Of a stretch of 64,000 bases of DNA, positions 40,493-55,400 are shown piece by piece (positions within the stretch are counted from its first letter, which is position 1; every line of letters begins with the position of its first letter). The stretch is from positions 865,186 through 929,185 of the forward strand of contig NW_002060951.1 in the NCBI RefSeq assembly GCF_000150275.1, read 5' to 3'. The position numbers were made by a program, and so were the translations under genes. Below the pieces are notes generated by a model. The model saw only the letters and a list, made by a program, of their open reading frames with translations. It had not been told where the DNA came from and searched no databases. The DNA is from Trichoplax adhaerens. Taxonomy: Eukaryota > Animalia > Placozoa.

Positions 40493-43400
40493 TTTGTTAC
40501 CACTTGTCGTTGGACTTGAGGTTATTAATCTAGCAGCAGTTTGCCGACTGGTAGTATCTAAATAATTATCATCAACGGCCTTAAGTATGGTAATAGCCTG
40601 ATAACATACGATAAAACTTACATTAATTAGTCTATGGGAGGGGTAAAAACCTGCTGGCAAAATTGTTTCTCTATTGTCCACTCTCGTTTCTATTCGTATA
40701 TCCAAAATATATTAGCAAAGCATCTATTATTTCAGGCAACTATGATATTGCGAAAACATCCTCTATTGATATTAGTAGCTTTGTCAACAAGCTTGATATA
40801 CCTTTATTATGTAAATAATCAGCATCAATAAGTTGAACATTTGTCTCTTATTTGTTATTATTTGTTTAGAATTTCCGACAAGACCTCAAAGAAGTTCCAG
40901 GTACAGCTATCACGATTAATCACCATGTCATATAACAAACAATTTGAACTTAATGGGATTTCAAAAGTCAATTAGTAGCTAGATAAAATGTGTTAGGTAT
41001 GCTGCTGCTAGTCCAATCAAGGATATCAATCTCAGTCGAATCATTATGACATTGATGATCCAATGTGATTAATATGTTTTAGCTTGTTAATGTGTTATTA
41101 ATTATTAATTTTTTCGAGTTGAAACCACTTGATTAATAGTAATATTTCGTAATAAGATCTATTAGACAGCATATTGTCGTAGAAAGAATGCAACAGCTAA
41201 GGGCAATGTTTATAATTTCAAAGCATCAATAGAGTACGGTCTTCTTGTTGCAGGCTAATCTCCTGATAAGGTGCATCTTTCCAACTCTGATCATAAATTT
41301 TGCAGTTACTTTAGACTACATACATTAACGAAATAACTTCAGATTTTGACCTCTAATCATGATGATAATGTTGCAAGTTATCATGGTAATTCCTTTTGGA
41401 ATCAATTGTCCATAATTATAATTAATAATTATAGATTACGTTACATTTGTATGGCTAATACTACTGTTAGTAATTTGAACGAAGTAACAACAAAGATATC
41501 TATTTCATTGGAGTAGACTACAAAATATTGCTTGAATTTTTCAGCATTTGATGATGAAATACTAGAATTATTAGAGAATGAACTGAAACATTTTGAAGAT
41601 TTAGTAAAGTAGAAGCGATTGCGAGTTTAGATATTTAATGTAGGGATGGGCTTTGTGTACTGATTCGATTTGATCGAACCAAATTCAAAGGAAAGAATGG
41701 CAAGTAGAATTAGCTGTAATAGTAATGCATCTCAAATAGAAAGTATCTATGTATGCATAAATCTTAGAGGTTCAGTGTAGGCTACGTTAAGCAGTTCAAA
41801 AATTATTATAACTCGTAAGTAGACTAGCGTAATATATTTGAGATAAAAATTCGATGAAAATCAATAGAATCTTTAGGCTGCTTATTACAAACTACGGAAG
41901 GATGCATAAAATTTATTAATTCTTCCTTTACAATTAGGGGAAACAATTATGTCTTAATATCAATAGAGTTCAAGCCCTACGAGGATAATGACTATCTCTT
42001 TATCGATTAATGATTAACTGTTGAGCATATTTATCGATTATTTATAACGGACAATAATCCAGTTCGAACTCAACTGATAACCATTTCCTTATTGTAATAT
42101 TACATAAAAACAATTTGGATAAAGGATAAACTGACAATAATGACTATTTTAAATCGCAAGATTTTCTTGCATCAATCGGCAGCCTGTTGCATTTAATTTA
42201 AATGGTACATACTGCGTAGTAAGAAAGCAGCAACTAAACTTTCTGGTCAAATAATACCCAGCTAAATAATATTAATAGTTTATACATTTGGTTAATAGAT
42301 AGTCTTTCAGTGGCCGTTGAAATCTACCTCACACTATTACTCTGTATAGGTTCGAAATCTACCATGTCTATTAACCACAAACTATGCAAGACATCTAAAA
42401 TTTGCTATACTTTATTGACTATCTAAATACACTATTGGGTATCAGAAAGTAATAACATGAGCATATGATTCACTTTCTTACTATCGCTTCAGTCCGTAAA
42501 TACTATAATTAGATAGAGTAGATTCATAATTACCTCACTCCATTATCCTACCGAATAGACTTATCTATATTTCCAGCAGTACAAAAGGCAAGGAATTTAT
42601 TTCCAGCTTACATATTAAGGAGTGGATAAATTTTCGACTGCAATGATTAATTTAAAGTATCGTAACCTTTATCAGCAACATAAATACGCTTAATGACAGC
42701 GAAAAGCAAGACTACACATATAGCACATTTAAGATACTTGTTGATTAACTGTTTTCATGATGAACTTGTGGAATAGTATTACTTTTGTATGTTACCGACA
42801 GTACCATAAGATTGGTCAAATAGCTTAATTAATATACATATTAGAGTGTGTTTAGATTAATTTCTGAAATCTAGAGTAACTTTGCACATCTTATCTCAAG
42901 ATATTTGAAAAGATAATACATAAATTCCTATTTTCCTAATACTGATGCGAAAAATAGCACTTTACGCCTGATACAGCCGTGAGTAACCTGAAATCGCCAA
43001 TATCTGTTAGAATAGCATCTCAAATTAGGTAACTTCTTGCTACAATGCTATACGAGCACTACAGCTTTCATAGTCTGCTCATCTACTTATATTAAATTTA
43101 ATGAGGTATTACTACGGAAGAAATACTCGACATGTTATGACAAGATAGATTAAACTTAGAAAAGCTCTCAAGCTGACTAAAAATAGAGAACAGTGAAAAT
43201 TATTGGTATCAGACTATCAGTAACTTGTTAACTAGCTACACAATATTAAGATAACACGAGTATCTGGACGCTCTTGAGCTCTATTGGTATGTCAACTGGA
43301 TATCCGCGACGAATACAGTATACTTAGCTCTATAATATGAACATCATAATGAGTGATATTTTCATTATAGGAACTTTATGGTGAATAAAATACAAGATTC

Positions 43401-43856
43401 TAAAGTAATTTAACAAATTACGAAACAGTTTATATCGGGTAGCATATCATACAATACTAGAAATTCGATAAACAATGACAACATCACTGCTACATTAGCT
43501 GATATCGGTTAGAAAAGCCGTAGTAAATACTGAAAGCTTATAGGAAGGATTAAAGCATCATAGAATTAATCACTTATTAAGATTTTTTCTCCCATTTAAA
43601 TTGTGGTGTTAGCTAATATTTTTTATATTTTAATACACGTAACCACATATATTTACATGAATGATATATTGCAAGTATCAACAGCAGTAATATATAGTAC
43701 GATAATTAAAGTAAAGTTAGAATGATATATTGTCATACTCTGATTCATGATTATATCAACAGTAACTTGAACATGGCTACTAATTAGATATTTGTATTTG
43801 AAAAAGATCATTTAAAAAAACAATACCAAACAGCAACTACTCGGGTAATTTACGCC

Positions 43857-45978
43857 TTATTTATCAAGCAGAGGTGTGTCCATGGGAGTAGTAATGTTTC
43901 CGCGTATGTTTACGTCAAAAATGATCTTTGCTCCTGTCGAAACATGTAAGCCGACTGATACAATAAACAATTAAAAATTAAGATTTATATAACTTAATAG
44001 CGTGTATTTGAAGCTAAAAACAAGTTCTAATATTAGCAATATCAGTTAACTTGCAGGTGTATCCTACAAGAATTCATATATCTAACAAATTACTAGAGAA
44101 TAATCTTTTTACTCCTCAATTATAGTGACTATATCGAGGCCAACAATTCATTTTATAAATCTATTACTAAATATAGATTTACTGCAATTAATATCCAAAA
44201 TAAACAATTGGTCCTGCTGATCGATATCTAACTGTTTACTAGTCTCACTTATATATATCAATAGTAGTACTAGTATATGATATGTACGTTGAAAATTTTC
44301 AAGTTTAATAGTTAAGTAGCCCTCGTTTACTAGTAAGCTAACGAAGCACCTCACAGAAATCTATGTGCACGAAATATATCTACAAAACTTGAAGTGGTAA
44401 TTGACTATTATAAGGATAAGAGCTGAGCAATATTCTACATAACTAACCACGGTCCAGATGATCCTCTTCCTAACAGTTTAAGCGTTATAATCATATACAG
44501 TAATGATACAAGAATGAGCAATGAAGAAGATTTTTAATTTTATGCTGTTGGTAAAGGTAGACTAATCTGGTGCCTTGTATACTTTATTTTCAACTAAGAT
44601 TTTTTTGAATTAAGATACAAAATAGATAAAAGATACTAACGTCGCTAATTTTATATATTCGATACCGGTTTCCCTCGCGGACACATAATTCTAAATTTAA
44701 GGTAGCTTAGATGAGTAGGAAACTTCTAAGCGATAAATCATCAGCGATAATTAACTTCGCACGATCGACATAGCTACAATTTTTTGTTTACTTGAGCGAA
44801 ATAGGTTATAAGTAAATATTGAATTAAACGGATCTAACTGCATAATGGCTATTTTGGATAGCCTAATGATGTTACATGACATTTTGACCACTTTGGCAAT
44901 GCATAACAAAACCACTAGAGTCAGTGGGCTAGTTCACAACGTCATTACGTATGTCAATTATTAATTGTAAATTGATTCTATAGCGGTATTATTTTACAAC
45001 GGACGGAAGCGGGTATGAAATTTAATTAGCCATTTTATAATGACAATATTGCGATTATAATTATAGCATTTCAAGCCATTGCGACCGGCTAGTAAGACCA
45101 ACAATAACCATCATTACCGGTACTCTTCCCTTAAAGATACCTAATTTTCTTGTACAGTAAACTCAATACAGTGATTCTAAATTTTTCTCCTGAATGAATA
45201 TTACTGAACTGGATCAAGTACAGAAGTTATTCAGGCTTTTTGATAAGCTAAACAATATTCTATACATTCGAGCGGTACTATATGAAACACTTAATTACTC
45301 TATTTTAATGTCATAATCGATGCAGGGGTACGGATACTGTTGACTCAAGAGCTGTACAATATAGAGTGAGCCTACGCTAGTAATCCACGATTGATTTTTT
45401 ACGGTAAAACATATCCAATTTTATTACATACATGATACTGTACATCTTTTGATAATGCATAATTATAGTTACTAATTTAAGATTGATTCCTATGTTCCAC
45501 TTAAGAGCTATCCAGTGAGTATGCAGTACACTGCACGGTCAGTCCACGCTAGTAATTCATGATAGATTTGGACGTAAAGAATGCTATATATATAAAGATT
45601 TATTGCATGCATATATGCATAAGGTATCATATTTTAAGTTTAAGTACTGTCACATCCAATATGTGAAGATGAAAAAAGTATCAAGAAATTATTGTACCGC
45701 CAAGGGCATAACGATTAAGATGCAACTAAATTTAGGAGCTTATGATTTTAGAGTCTGACAAAGACCTCTAGATATAACACACATTTATATCCAATTCTTC
45801 AATTTTAGCAACTTTGCAAAATGATATTGTAGCAAGATTGTGGCTCACTGTGCAGCATACATTGCAGCTCTTTGCACTACAGCGTACCGTCTAGGTATGA
45901 ATAAGTAATCCACCTTATCAACTAAAGCACTCCTACCCTAGAGCTGGCTCTCGCAGCTGCTGGCCCACTAGCCCACAT
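43857..45978 (-). CDS. Candidate small micro-exon gene (69 aa), or spliced non-coding/5'-UTR transcript
   Basis: GC-richer islands at 45937-45978, 45118-45140, 44666-44690, 44448-44469 and 43857-43954 are joined by GT-AG introns and splice in frame to MWASGPAAARASSRVSLREEYRIMCPRGKPEEDHLDRVGLHVSTGAKIIFDVNIRGNITTPMDTPLLDK*. No homolog recognised. Confidence 0.35.
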
Positions 45979-46426
45979 ACGATGTGATTACCGGTTTCGA
46001 CTGACCACTGAGTGCCAATGACAATACTGTATTATATAGTCTGTATACAGTAGTACAGTAGTTATATAGCAATTGTCATATATCGTAATACATTACTGAC
46101 TTCCGGCTATTATGCATATTAACCGAGATCGGGTTTTAGCCATGTCAGATACATACTGAACCGAACTTTTCTCAGGTCTACTAGCTAGGCTAATCAGAGA
46201 TTGGTATTTGTTAGTACTTGCATCTTGTATATAGGAGTATACGCGTATATTAACATCTATACTGTATGCTATACTTTACCGCAAGTTATGCTGCTATATT
46301 GCGCTATATTGTATATTGCACAGTATATTACAGTATAAACTACTACGGCAAATAACATTGGTTGTATATGTGTTACACTAGACCATCTGAAAACATCCAA
46401 ATTATTTCCAATTTTTCGTTACCCCA

Positions 46427-46546
46427 TCGCAGCTGATACTTCAACTATGACTATAATATCGAATTGAAATTTTGTCCATATAAATTTCAATATCGACAAA
46501 ATTTCAATTGGATATTATAGCGTACTAGTTAAAGTATCAGCTGCGA
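46427..46546. repeat. ~120-bp imperfect palindrome (foldback/MITE-like)
   Basis: Arm TCGCAGCTGATACTTCAACTATGACTATAATATCGAATTGAAATTTTGTC pairs with GACAAAATTTCAATTGGATATTATAGCGTACTAGTTAAAGTATCAGCTGCGA. Confidence 0.88.
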
Positions 46547-46739
46547 CATGTCCAGACTATTTACTTTTGGTACCAACTATCACCACGGCAGCCGACTAAC
46601 GCAGACCACAGTGCATATCGTGTATGTCATACTGTATATCAGTAAGACTGTGTTGTTAGTCTGATACTCGATACTCTCATGTTGCAGACATGCAGCCGGA
46701 CGGACTAAAACCCATTGTTGCTATTCGCCACGGCATGGA

Positions 46740-46753
46740 GTTTCTATGGTTAC
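46740..46753. promoter_or_regulatory. Putative RFX X-box upstream of the Tctex-1 domain gene
   Basis: GTTTCTATGGTTAC, whose reverse complement GTAACCATAGAAAC fits GTNRCC-AT-RGNAAC; ~420 bp upstream of a probable ciliary gene. Confidence 0.5.
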
Positions 46754-47170
46754 TGAATTCGTATCACGTAGATTTTTCACTTGACAACATGCTGCTTTAA
46801 TGTATAGCTTCAGGGAGAAAGGTTCTAGTCTGTATTGATCATATTGTATGTTATTAAAAACTATCCAGGTTCATACAACAATTTTAACTCTTATTTACAG
46901 TTTACTCCCCGTGATATCAACACTTTTATGCTTCTATTAATCAACAGTACAAGGTTAGCTATTAAGTTCAAGTATTGGCTTATACAAGACTACAAATTGT
47001 ACTGCATTTATTGCAGGATTGGATAAAAGATAGCAATTAATTTAAAGAGAGAAAGAATAATTGAACAAATAGTTCAGTGCACAATCTTGGGAAAAGGTGA
47101 TTTCAACAAAATTGGCTATTCATACTAGAGGAATACTGCCAGGCCAAAATCATAAGACGACTAAGTCAAA

Positions 47171-47722
47171 ATGGATAAAAATAGGACACAATCCAATCTT
47201 GTCCCCGAGCAAAATCATAATAGTTTGAAACATTCCAAATCATTCAAGGATCTTAAACCAGTCTCTAAAGGTAAATCACAACGTAAAGTGGAAATTAATA
47301 TTCCTTTCATAGCACATCAAAGTCGTGATAATACCATCATTCACAGTGCTAAAAGTGAAGGTCTTCCAGTATTAGACAGAACTTTCAAATTAACGCCAAG
47401 CAATTTCTTTCCTGAAAGAAAAGTTCAAGCTATTATACGTGAAGTCTTGAAAAAACACCTACAAAATGTCGTCTACAATAGTGATAAATGTGCTACACTA
47501 TCTAAATTAATTAGCGATGAGATTAAGCAACGAGTTAAAAATTTAAACTTAGATCGATTTAAAATCATAGCTGTGGTCCATCTTGGCTCTGATGGTAGTC
47601 AGTCGTTAAATATTGGTAGTCGGTGTGTTTGGAATACCCAATTCGATAATTTTGCATCTTCTACTTTCCAAAGTAATACCTTATTTGCTGTTGCTGCGGT
47701 TTATGCTGTCTATTTTGAGTAA
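47171..47722 (+). CDS. Tctex-1 domain dynein light chain (TCTEX1D/DYNLT-like) with N-terminal extension, single coding exon
   Basis: C-terminal motif pattern VREVLKKHL..YNSDKC..LSKLISDEIKQRVK..L..DRFKIIAVVHLG....Q.L.IGSRCVWN..FDNFAS..F.S..LFAVAAVYAVYFE is typical of the Tctex-1 family. Confidence 0.92.
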   Translation: MDKNRTQSNLVPEQNHNSLKHSKSFKDLKPVSKGKSQRKVEINIPFIAHQSRDNTIIHSAKSEGLPVLDRTFKLTPSNFFPERKVQAIIREVLKKHLQNVVYNSDKCATLSKLISDEIKQRVKNLNLDRFKIIAVVHLGSDGSQSLNIGSRCVWNTQFDNFASSTFQSNTLFAVAAVYAVYFE

Positions 47723-49478
47723 TCGTAATATCAAAAACAGATTTAATCTATTTAACTTAACTTCTAACTTTCTTTGTTTATTGAAAGGAAAATTCTATAT
47801 CAATTAGAGTACAGTTCTTATCTTTATGAAAATTATCTCTATATCTCATCGCTTTTCTTCACTTATATTTAAATCACAAAAGACGACGAGTGCCAACAGG
47901 GTCCTCTAAGACGATAACGACTATTAATTACTGTTTATGAATATAGCATTTTCAACTTCGTACTTGACTTGCAGCAGTCAAAACTTGATTCTAGGATTAT
48001 AATACATGCTTTTATCTCTCTCTCTATATATATATACTAAACACATATATTACTATTTTACTTCAGAGCGTCTCTTGTACTACATATTCTTACGTGTATA
48101 TTTAACAGCATTGTGAACTTACTCTAATTTCTACCCGTCTATGTCTGTATACTAATATTTGATCATTGATATAAATCGTTCAATTTAATTTATACGTACT
48201 AAAATGATTTCTCTATAATAATCGATATTTCTCTATGAAAGAAGCAAGTAAACCGTATAATCATAGCTATCAGTCGATGGAATCATATTACAATGTTTAA
48301 TGATCTTCATATTTCACAAAGCACCTTTGTTATGATGTATACGCATATATACATAGTATGTATATATTTCTACGCGTATGTAACTATATTAGTTATAACT
48401 AATACGTATTACTCATGCTGTACAGCCTATCAATAGAGATGCGTATTACGTATTACCGTCAAATTATCAATTTTTGGTGCGCCCATCTACTTTATGATGG
48501 AAGTTGAATATTAACCAGTCAATTGTTAACCAACCAATGCTTTCTTAAACTTGTTTCTTTATGACCATTCCTTAAATACTACAATAAAATATTTTAGAAA
48601 TTGTAAATTTCTAATTTCTAACCTCCTTAAATCCTACATTTACTAAATGATCATGTAATAATTTCATCCTTCATGCAATATAAGTAATGCTTATACTGCA
48701 TGTCGCTGTCTTGGTTACGGTTTAATAACTACCATGGTTTAAAGAATTGCCGTAAAGAATTTTCATTCAGTTAGGTCGGAAGGGAATAATGGTGTGCATT
48801 GCTCGTACGTAAATAGGCTTCAAGGATAAAACTAATACCGTGATGAGCTAATTTAGCTATAATATTATGATTTTCTGGTATAGCGTTGGTATAAATGCCG
48901 TCAACTAGGTTCCGGTTATTGTTAAAAGTCCGCTAAGAACAGTCCATTTAATTCCAGTAATACTTTTCATCGATAATGTCGATAGTGTGTTCATATAAAA
49001 ATGATATATTACTGCATCGATAGTAATATGTATACTCGTTTATATATATATACTGTATAAGGAAAATGCGTGATGTACTGTAATATGTACTGTTAGTACA
49101 AGGTGAACGTAAAAGAGTTTAACAAAAGAAATAACTTAAATATAAATAAAATCTCACAGTGTAAGAGTCTGAAACATTACACTGCCGCCTATCAAAATAC
49201 CCTTATCTTTTATATTCCCATACGAATTAACATCGAATAGATTAAGTACGGTATATGACAGTCTATACTATAAGTGTATCCAAGCTGAAAAGCTTAACAA
49301 CGAGAATTCTAGTCTATATGCAGATTATACCTCTAGGTATAACCAAACACTAATAAAACGCAGTTGAGTAAACTCTTACCAATAATTTATTTACAGTTAA
49401 TAAAACGAAATAAAATAAACGTTCAATATCGTACTATACATAATTCCGTTACTCCTTCTTAAATTGTAAGTTTAAAAA

Positions 49479-52400
49479 TTAAAAAAATTTCTCAACAGAC
49501 TCTCCAGTAATATTCTCAATAACTGCTACAACTTCTTGACATTCTTTCTCAACTTCAACAGACTCATCTAAGTATTGAATGATATAGAAATTTAGAAATT
49601 TAAGACTTTATGTATTTCTTACATTAGTAATAATGGGTATTTTGAAAATATTAGCCATTACCTTCCATAAGTTCAGCTAAGAACGGAATGGTTTCAGGAA
49701 GTAACAAAATAAAATTTTCCCCTAATCGGCGATACAGTTCACCAATTATTTTAACGCTGGCGAAGCGTACCTATAAATAGAATACAGTAATTGGATACAA
49801 AGTTAAATACTTTAAAACTGAGAAACAATCAAAGAATCAATAAAGCTAACCTGTGGTGATTTATGTCTAGTTTTCAGGCAAATTTGATAGTGTAAAGGTT
49901 TCCATAACGCATCATTTTCAATAACGACAGCAAATTCAACTATGCATGGTAAAAGATGTTGTAGTACACGCTCTTCATATTTCGCTGCTCCGTCAATTTG
50001 ATTGTCAATCTGTATCAATATAGCCGTTTATACAGTTATTATTGAGATATTAAATATCATTATAACAAGTCTAATGATGAGATACCTGATCAACTAAAGG
50101 CTGCATTAAAAGATCAAATTTCTCCTGATCAAAAAACTTTTGACGATCATATAAAAAACATTTATAAAGACAATCTAAAATCAATTCTGTAAGTAGGGAC
50201 GATTTTTCTTCTGCAATTGATGCATCGCTTTCGTTGTTGCTAAAAAATTTCCCTAATATACGCGTATAATTAATACATAAATTCTGAGTTGCTTTCCAGA
50301 AGTAACTGGCCAAAGTAGCAATTTGAATTATTATCATATACAAAGACTTAAGTACCTCCTTTGCTGGCGTTATTGGCATCTAATAATTTAGCACTATAAG
50401 TTACCAAATCGCTCGCAAAAATGAGGAAGAGACCTTTTAGTGTATCAGCAATTCTAATCCGTAAAATCACAAAATTAGGCAAATAGGTCATAACATCCGG
50501 ATTACGTACCTACAATATTATTCTGAACTAACTAACCTGTTTGTAGCGCGAAAAAAAACAATATTTCTTTCTTTAGGAACATCACCTACGGTCGCCCAAT
50601 CAAATACCTGTCAAAAGATGACCAAATACTAGCTATAAAACGACTTAGCAATACAACCACAGAAAAATATATACGTTAATATTCCAAAGCAAAATTACTA
50701 ACAAATTTACAAATAACAAATATTAGCATAGATATTCACTAATTCTACTGTAAGAGTAAGGAAATCGTTGTTTCATTGATTGCAATACCCTCAAAGATAC
50801 TGTAATGAGGGCAGATTATTGTATCTAAACATATGCTGAATCACCTCAGTGATATAATCTTGCGTCATGTATGTTTTACTTTATGAATCAATACATGTAA
50901 AAATTTGTATCTTATATTGATAACCTCAAGTTAAAATTTCAAAAAAGCGAATTAATAAAACAGCTAGTTATCTTTCCAGACGAACCTTCCTAAATGCTGG
51001 CCAAAATGTTTTTTCAGACAGTCTAACGACTAAAGCTAAAAAGGCTTCAATAATGGCATTTTCTGATACATCCAATGAAACCGAACAGATCTGTAAAAAA
51101 TTAAGTAATTAGTTACATTTTCGACTGCTTTATAAATACTAGCGTTTAAGGCAAGATAAGTAACCTTTGCTTGGGTCGTAATTCTATAGTCAAATGCTTC
51201 CATAAAGATATTAATCAATTTTGGTTGCATAGACTTTATATCCACGCTAGGCATTTTCGAAATGCTTATCTTAACGACGCTCATAAGCATTGCAATTCTG
51301 TTGGTATCGACTTCGAGCCACTAGTACAGAATAGATTTTATTCAAATTTATCATCGCTTCCCGTACAAAAATTACTACATTTTGTAAGCTTCAAAACTTA
51401 CATCATCTTCAAGCATAATTTCTTTATAACTCTGGCCGATTGCCGGTAATAAAATATGTGGTAATAATGAAGCCGTGTCTTCTCTAAAGAATCATTAAAT
51501 TAATCAACATGTACAGTATGATTAATATTAGTAACATTAAGACGGTGAAAATATGTAACATAACTTAATTTGAAAACTGATATTACCTTAATCCATCAAG
51601 TTCATTTACCAACTCGGATGTTTGCGAAGATTTTTTTGCATTTAAATCAATCAAAGTTCCAGAAATATAACTACGAGTAAACTTAAGTAATAAAATCACA
51701 CGCGTAAGCACAATCATCGATAGATATAGCATAAAAATTTAGATCGCAATACCTCTTTCAACAACTCAGTTAGATAAGGGCTAACAAAGTGAGGAAGACA
51801 GCTAATAATTCGATGGGCAAATTTTACCGCTGCCGTAACTAAAACTTCCAATTTCCTAGAAAAGAACTCAAATCAGCTACTTGACGATAAATATTAATTC
51901 AAGTTTTTGGCATTGCACTCACTTAGAAGGCTGATCTCCTTGACTTTCGTCTCTAATCAATTTAAATATTTTCATTATCTGCGGCATTAATTGTGGCAAG
52001 AACGCGATCATATGAGCACCAATTCCTCTACAGATTTCACTTAGGCAAAAAAGAGCAGCTGCTAAAACCTATCAAATTAAAATTATTAAAGAATTCAGGA
52101 TTTAATAGTATGGAGGTCACATAGCATACACTTCTACAAACACACAGTTAAAACGGTATAGTATAATTCAGATATAAAGTAATTTACCGGCATCGACAAA
52201 CTTGGTTCGGTCAAAACTTTAAGACATCCTTTAATAACCTGAGTATTGAAACAGAATATACACAAACGTTAATATTAACGCTTATATTTCTAATGTTAGA
52301 ATTCTAAAATTAATTAAAAATAGTAGATCACTAACATGAGTAAACAATGGAGGATCTTCAGGAGCTAAATAAGAGGAAATTGACGAAATGCAGTATAAAG

Positions 52401-55400
52401 CTTTTTCTTTAATGTATAGTTGATCCTTTGAGCCAATTACGATTTCTAAAAGCTGATCTACTAAACCGATTACTTGCGTTTTCTGAAATAGTACATAAAT
52501 AAAGCTTGATCATCATATTACAATGCAAATCTGTCATAATTGCACAAAATAAAGATAATTACATATAGATATGAGATCGTTTGATCTGACTTACCAATTC
52601 TAATATTGTGCGTAGATCAACATGAACAAGCTTACTGCCCAATAAATCGAATGATTTGCGACAAGTGACGATATTGTCACTTTTTAACAATGATGAAATG
52701 ACAGGAATAAAGGCATGCAAAGGTAATAATCCATTAACCTTTATTAATAACGAATAAAAACTCATCTTTAATACTTCTACCTAATTATTTTAGGGTAAAA
52801 ATACTGCAATCATACTTTATCCACAATAACATTAAAACGGTTATTTAAGGCGTTCCAGTAGCGACCGATAGATTCAACCCGATGTAACTCTGCTAGTTTC
52901 GATATTTTCGTGATATATCTCAGCGATTCTTCTAATAGCCTTGAAATTAAATATCAGTTATAACTTAGTGATATCACACGAGATGACTAATATCATCGTG
53001 AAAGTACGTAGAAGCTACAAAGTAACGCATACTCGATAAACTTCTTTTCAAGTTGACGAGTCTTGTCATTCTTAAGATCGCTGACCTGAAATAAATTTAA
53101 AGGAATTGATCATACGCGGAATAAAGATCACGAGAAGTTTACATATAGAATAAAATACTAAGCAAACGTGTAAATCGTACACACACAGTCTCTCTCTATA
53201 TATATATTTAAGTACATACTGCTTCAGTGTATTTACTGTCATCCATTAAGTTCACAATTAATCCAGCAACAGTATAACGATATCTCCTTAATTGTTTGGA
53301 TGTATGAGTTTCGGCGTCAAAAATTTGTAATATCTGCAGGGTTTCTGGGGATTTTCTAGATCGACCTGTCACTGGTTTCGAATCTAAAAAATGAATTGTA
53401 ACCTTTAAAGCTTCGGCGCATATTTATTAGTGAACAATCATATCATCGTTAAACAATATACAAATGGACAATTTACCCCGTTGATCATCAGAAAGATTTG
53501 AAATATATTTCACGCAATCAATGATAGCATCGAGTTGAGTAACAACGTCGAATTTTTGATATAAAGGTAAGCAAAAATCTATCTTGTTGTCCCTGTTAAC
53601 CTGAAATTAAAACCAATTTTGTCAATCATATAACGAGCATAATTCCAAATCTTATAATGCATAGACTACATACTTGCGCTGTTGTATCCTCATCCACATT
53701 ACTAATTTCAGATTCCACTAACATCAACAAAGTAGTACTAAGAGATCGGCAAGAACCAGATTTCCGTAATAAATGTTCAAATAATGGTACACGACGATGA
53801 CTAGGTATGTGAGCCCAGGCGTCAACAAATACCTGTATAACTCTCGTAATAACATCTCCAACCGATGTCATTACGCCTTTTCCTGAATTAATTTCAATTT
53901 TCATTTGACTTTCCAGAGTATTGGACTATAGATTAATGGATAAATTGAAAGTAAAAAAAGAGACAGAACAGATCTAGAACTGTAATCGTAATAAACCTTT
54001 AGTTTTAGGCGTAATACCTATTAATTTATTGACTACGAGCCATATATAAGGTTACATACCTCAAGTAATGGAGGAATAATGGCATCAATTGTTTGATTTA
54101 TAATTTGAAAATTGTAAGCACTATCGTGCTTCATAATATTAGCTCCCATGAACGTAAATACCGACATAACGTTATGAAATAGTAAGTCCTATAACAAAAG
54201 TTAGATTTTTAAGTAAAGCAAATGGTTTAATAATCAATAACAATTATGTTCATAAATTAGAGCGCAGCTTACAGGGAAAATATTTGCTATTAGATTAAGA
54301 GCCAATAGTGCTTGTTGATGCGTCTGAGGATTATCTGATTTCCGTATACAATTGACAACTTGTTCGACGTCAAAATATTCTTCCAGTAGTATATCTGCAT
54401 AATAGATATTGACGTTAAAGTTCAATAATATCAAGATAGATCGTTTCGAAAATTTTGATGTGAGTATTAGTTCTACCTTTATGTACTATTTTACAAGTCC
54501 ATATTATATTAGATAATAGTAATTGTTTTCCATATTCGATATCAGAATCATCTAGTTCCATACATCTGATCGTCAAGTAATTTAAAACAGTACCGCAAGA
54601 TTAAAAGATGTGGTTACAAGAGTATTATCTTAAAATGAGAGGAATCCATTATAAATTTTCAAGTTACTTAGATAAAAGGCCAAAAAATATCGGTAGAAGT
54701 TCTTGAGCGTTGATGACATTTTCCTTTGACTGCAGGCTTTCAAGTAAAAGAATTAATCTTCGCCAATCTTCAGAACTGCTCGTTGTTGTATTAACTACTT
54801 TTCTGTTTAATACGAAAGATAAAGAAAATTCCAAACATGTTACATAAAACTAATTCTAGAAAGAAAATTTTTAACAGATGTCGCTAACATTTGTTTTCTA
54901 GGACGTTTTGAAGTCTGATCTTTAATTGAAGTAAAGTTAAGCGTTGTAAATTCCGTATTGTACTGACCAGCAGTTAATGGTATCTATTTATTTAATCGGT
55001 AAAATAAGGGAAACATGTCAGTAAAAAATTCTTGTATTATTTTTAAAGAATTGCTTTAAATGCTATTTCTTACCTTAGAAAGTGTTAGAGGTATAGTAGA
55101 CGATCGTTCTACAGCCGATGCAATTAATAACTGATCACATAAGTAACTAAAAATCTTTTGTTGAATCTTTTCATCTTTGATGGCAGCGAAGAAACCAGGC
55201 GTCACCTAAGTATAGAAGTGATGTACGTAAATTATTTACTGTTCATTAAGTTAATTTAGCTGCATGAGTATCAAATTATCTCTTATTTAATTATCTATAA
55301 ATTCACAGACCTGTGTAAGGCTCAGCGTTTGTGGTGATTGATGAGCCAGATATGGTATATCATTCGGAATAGATAAAGCAGTCATAAAACTATTCAGTAA

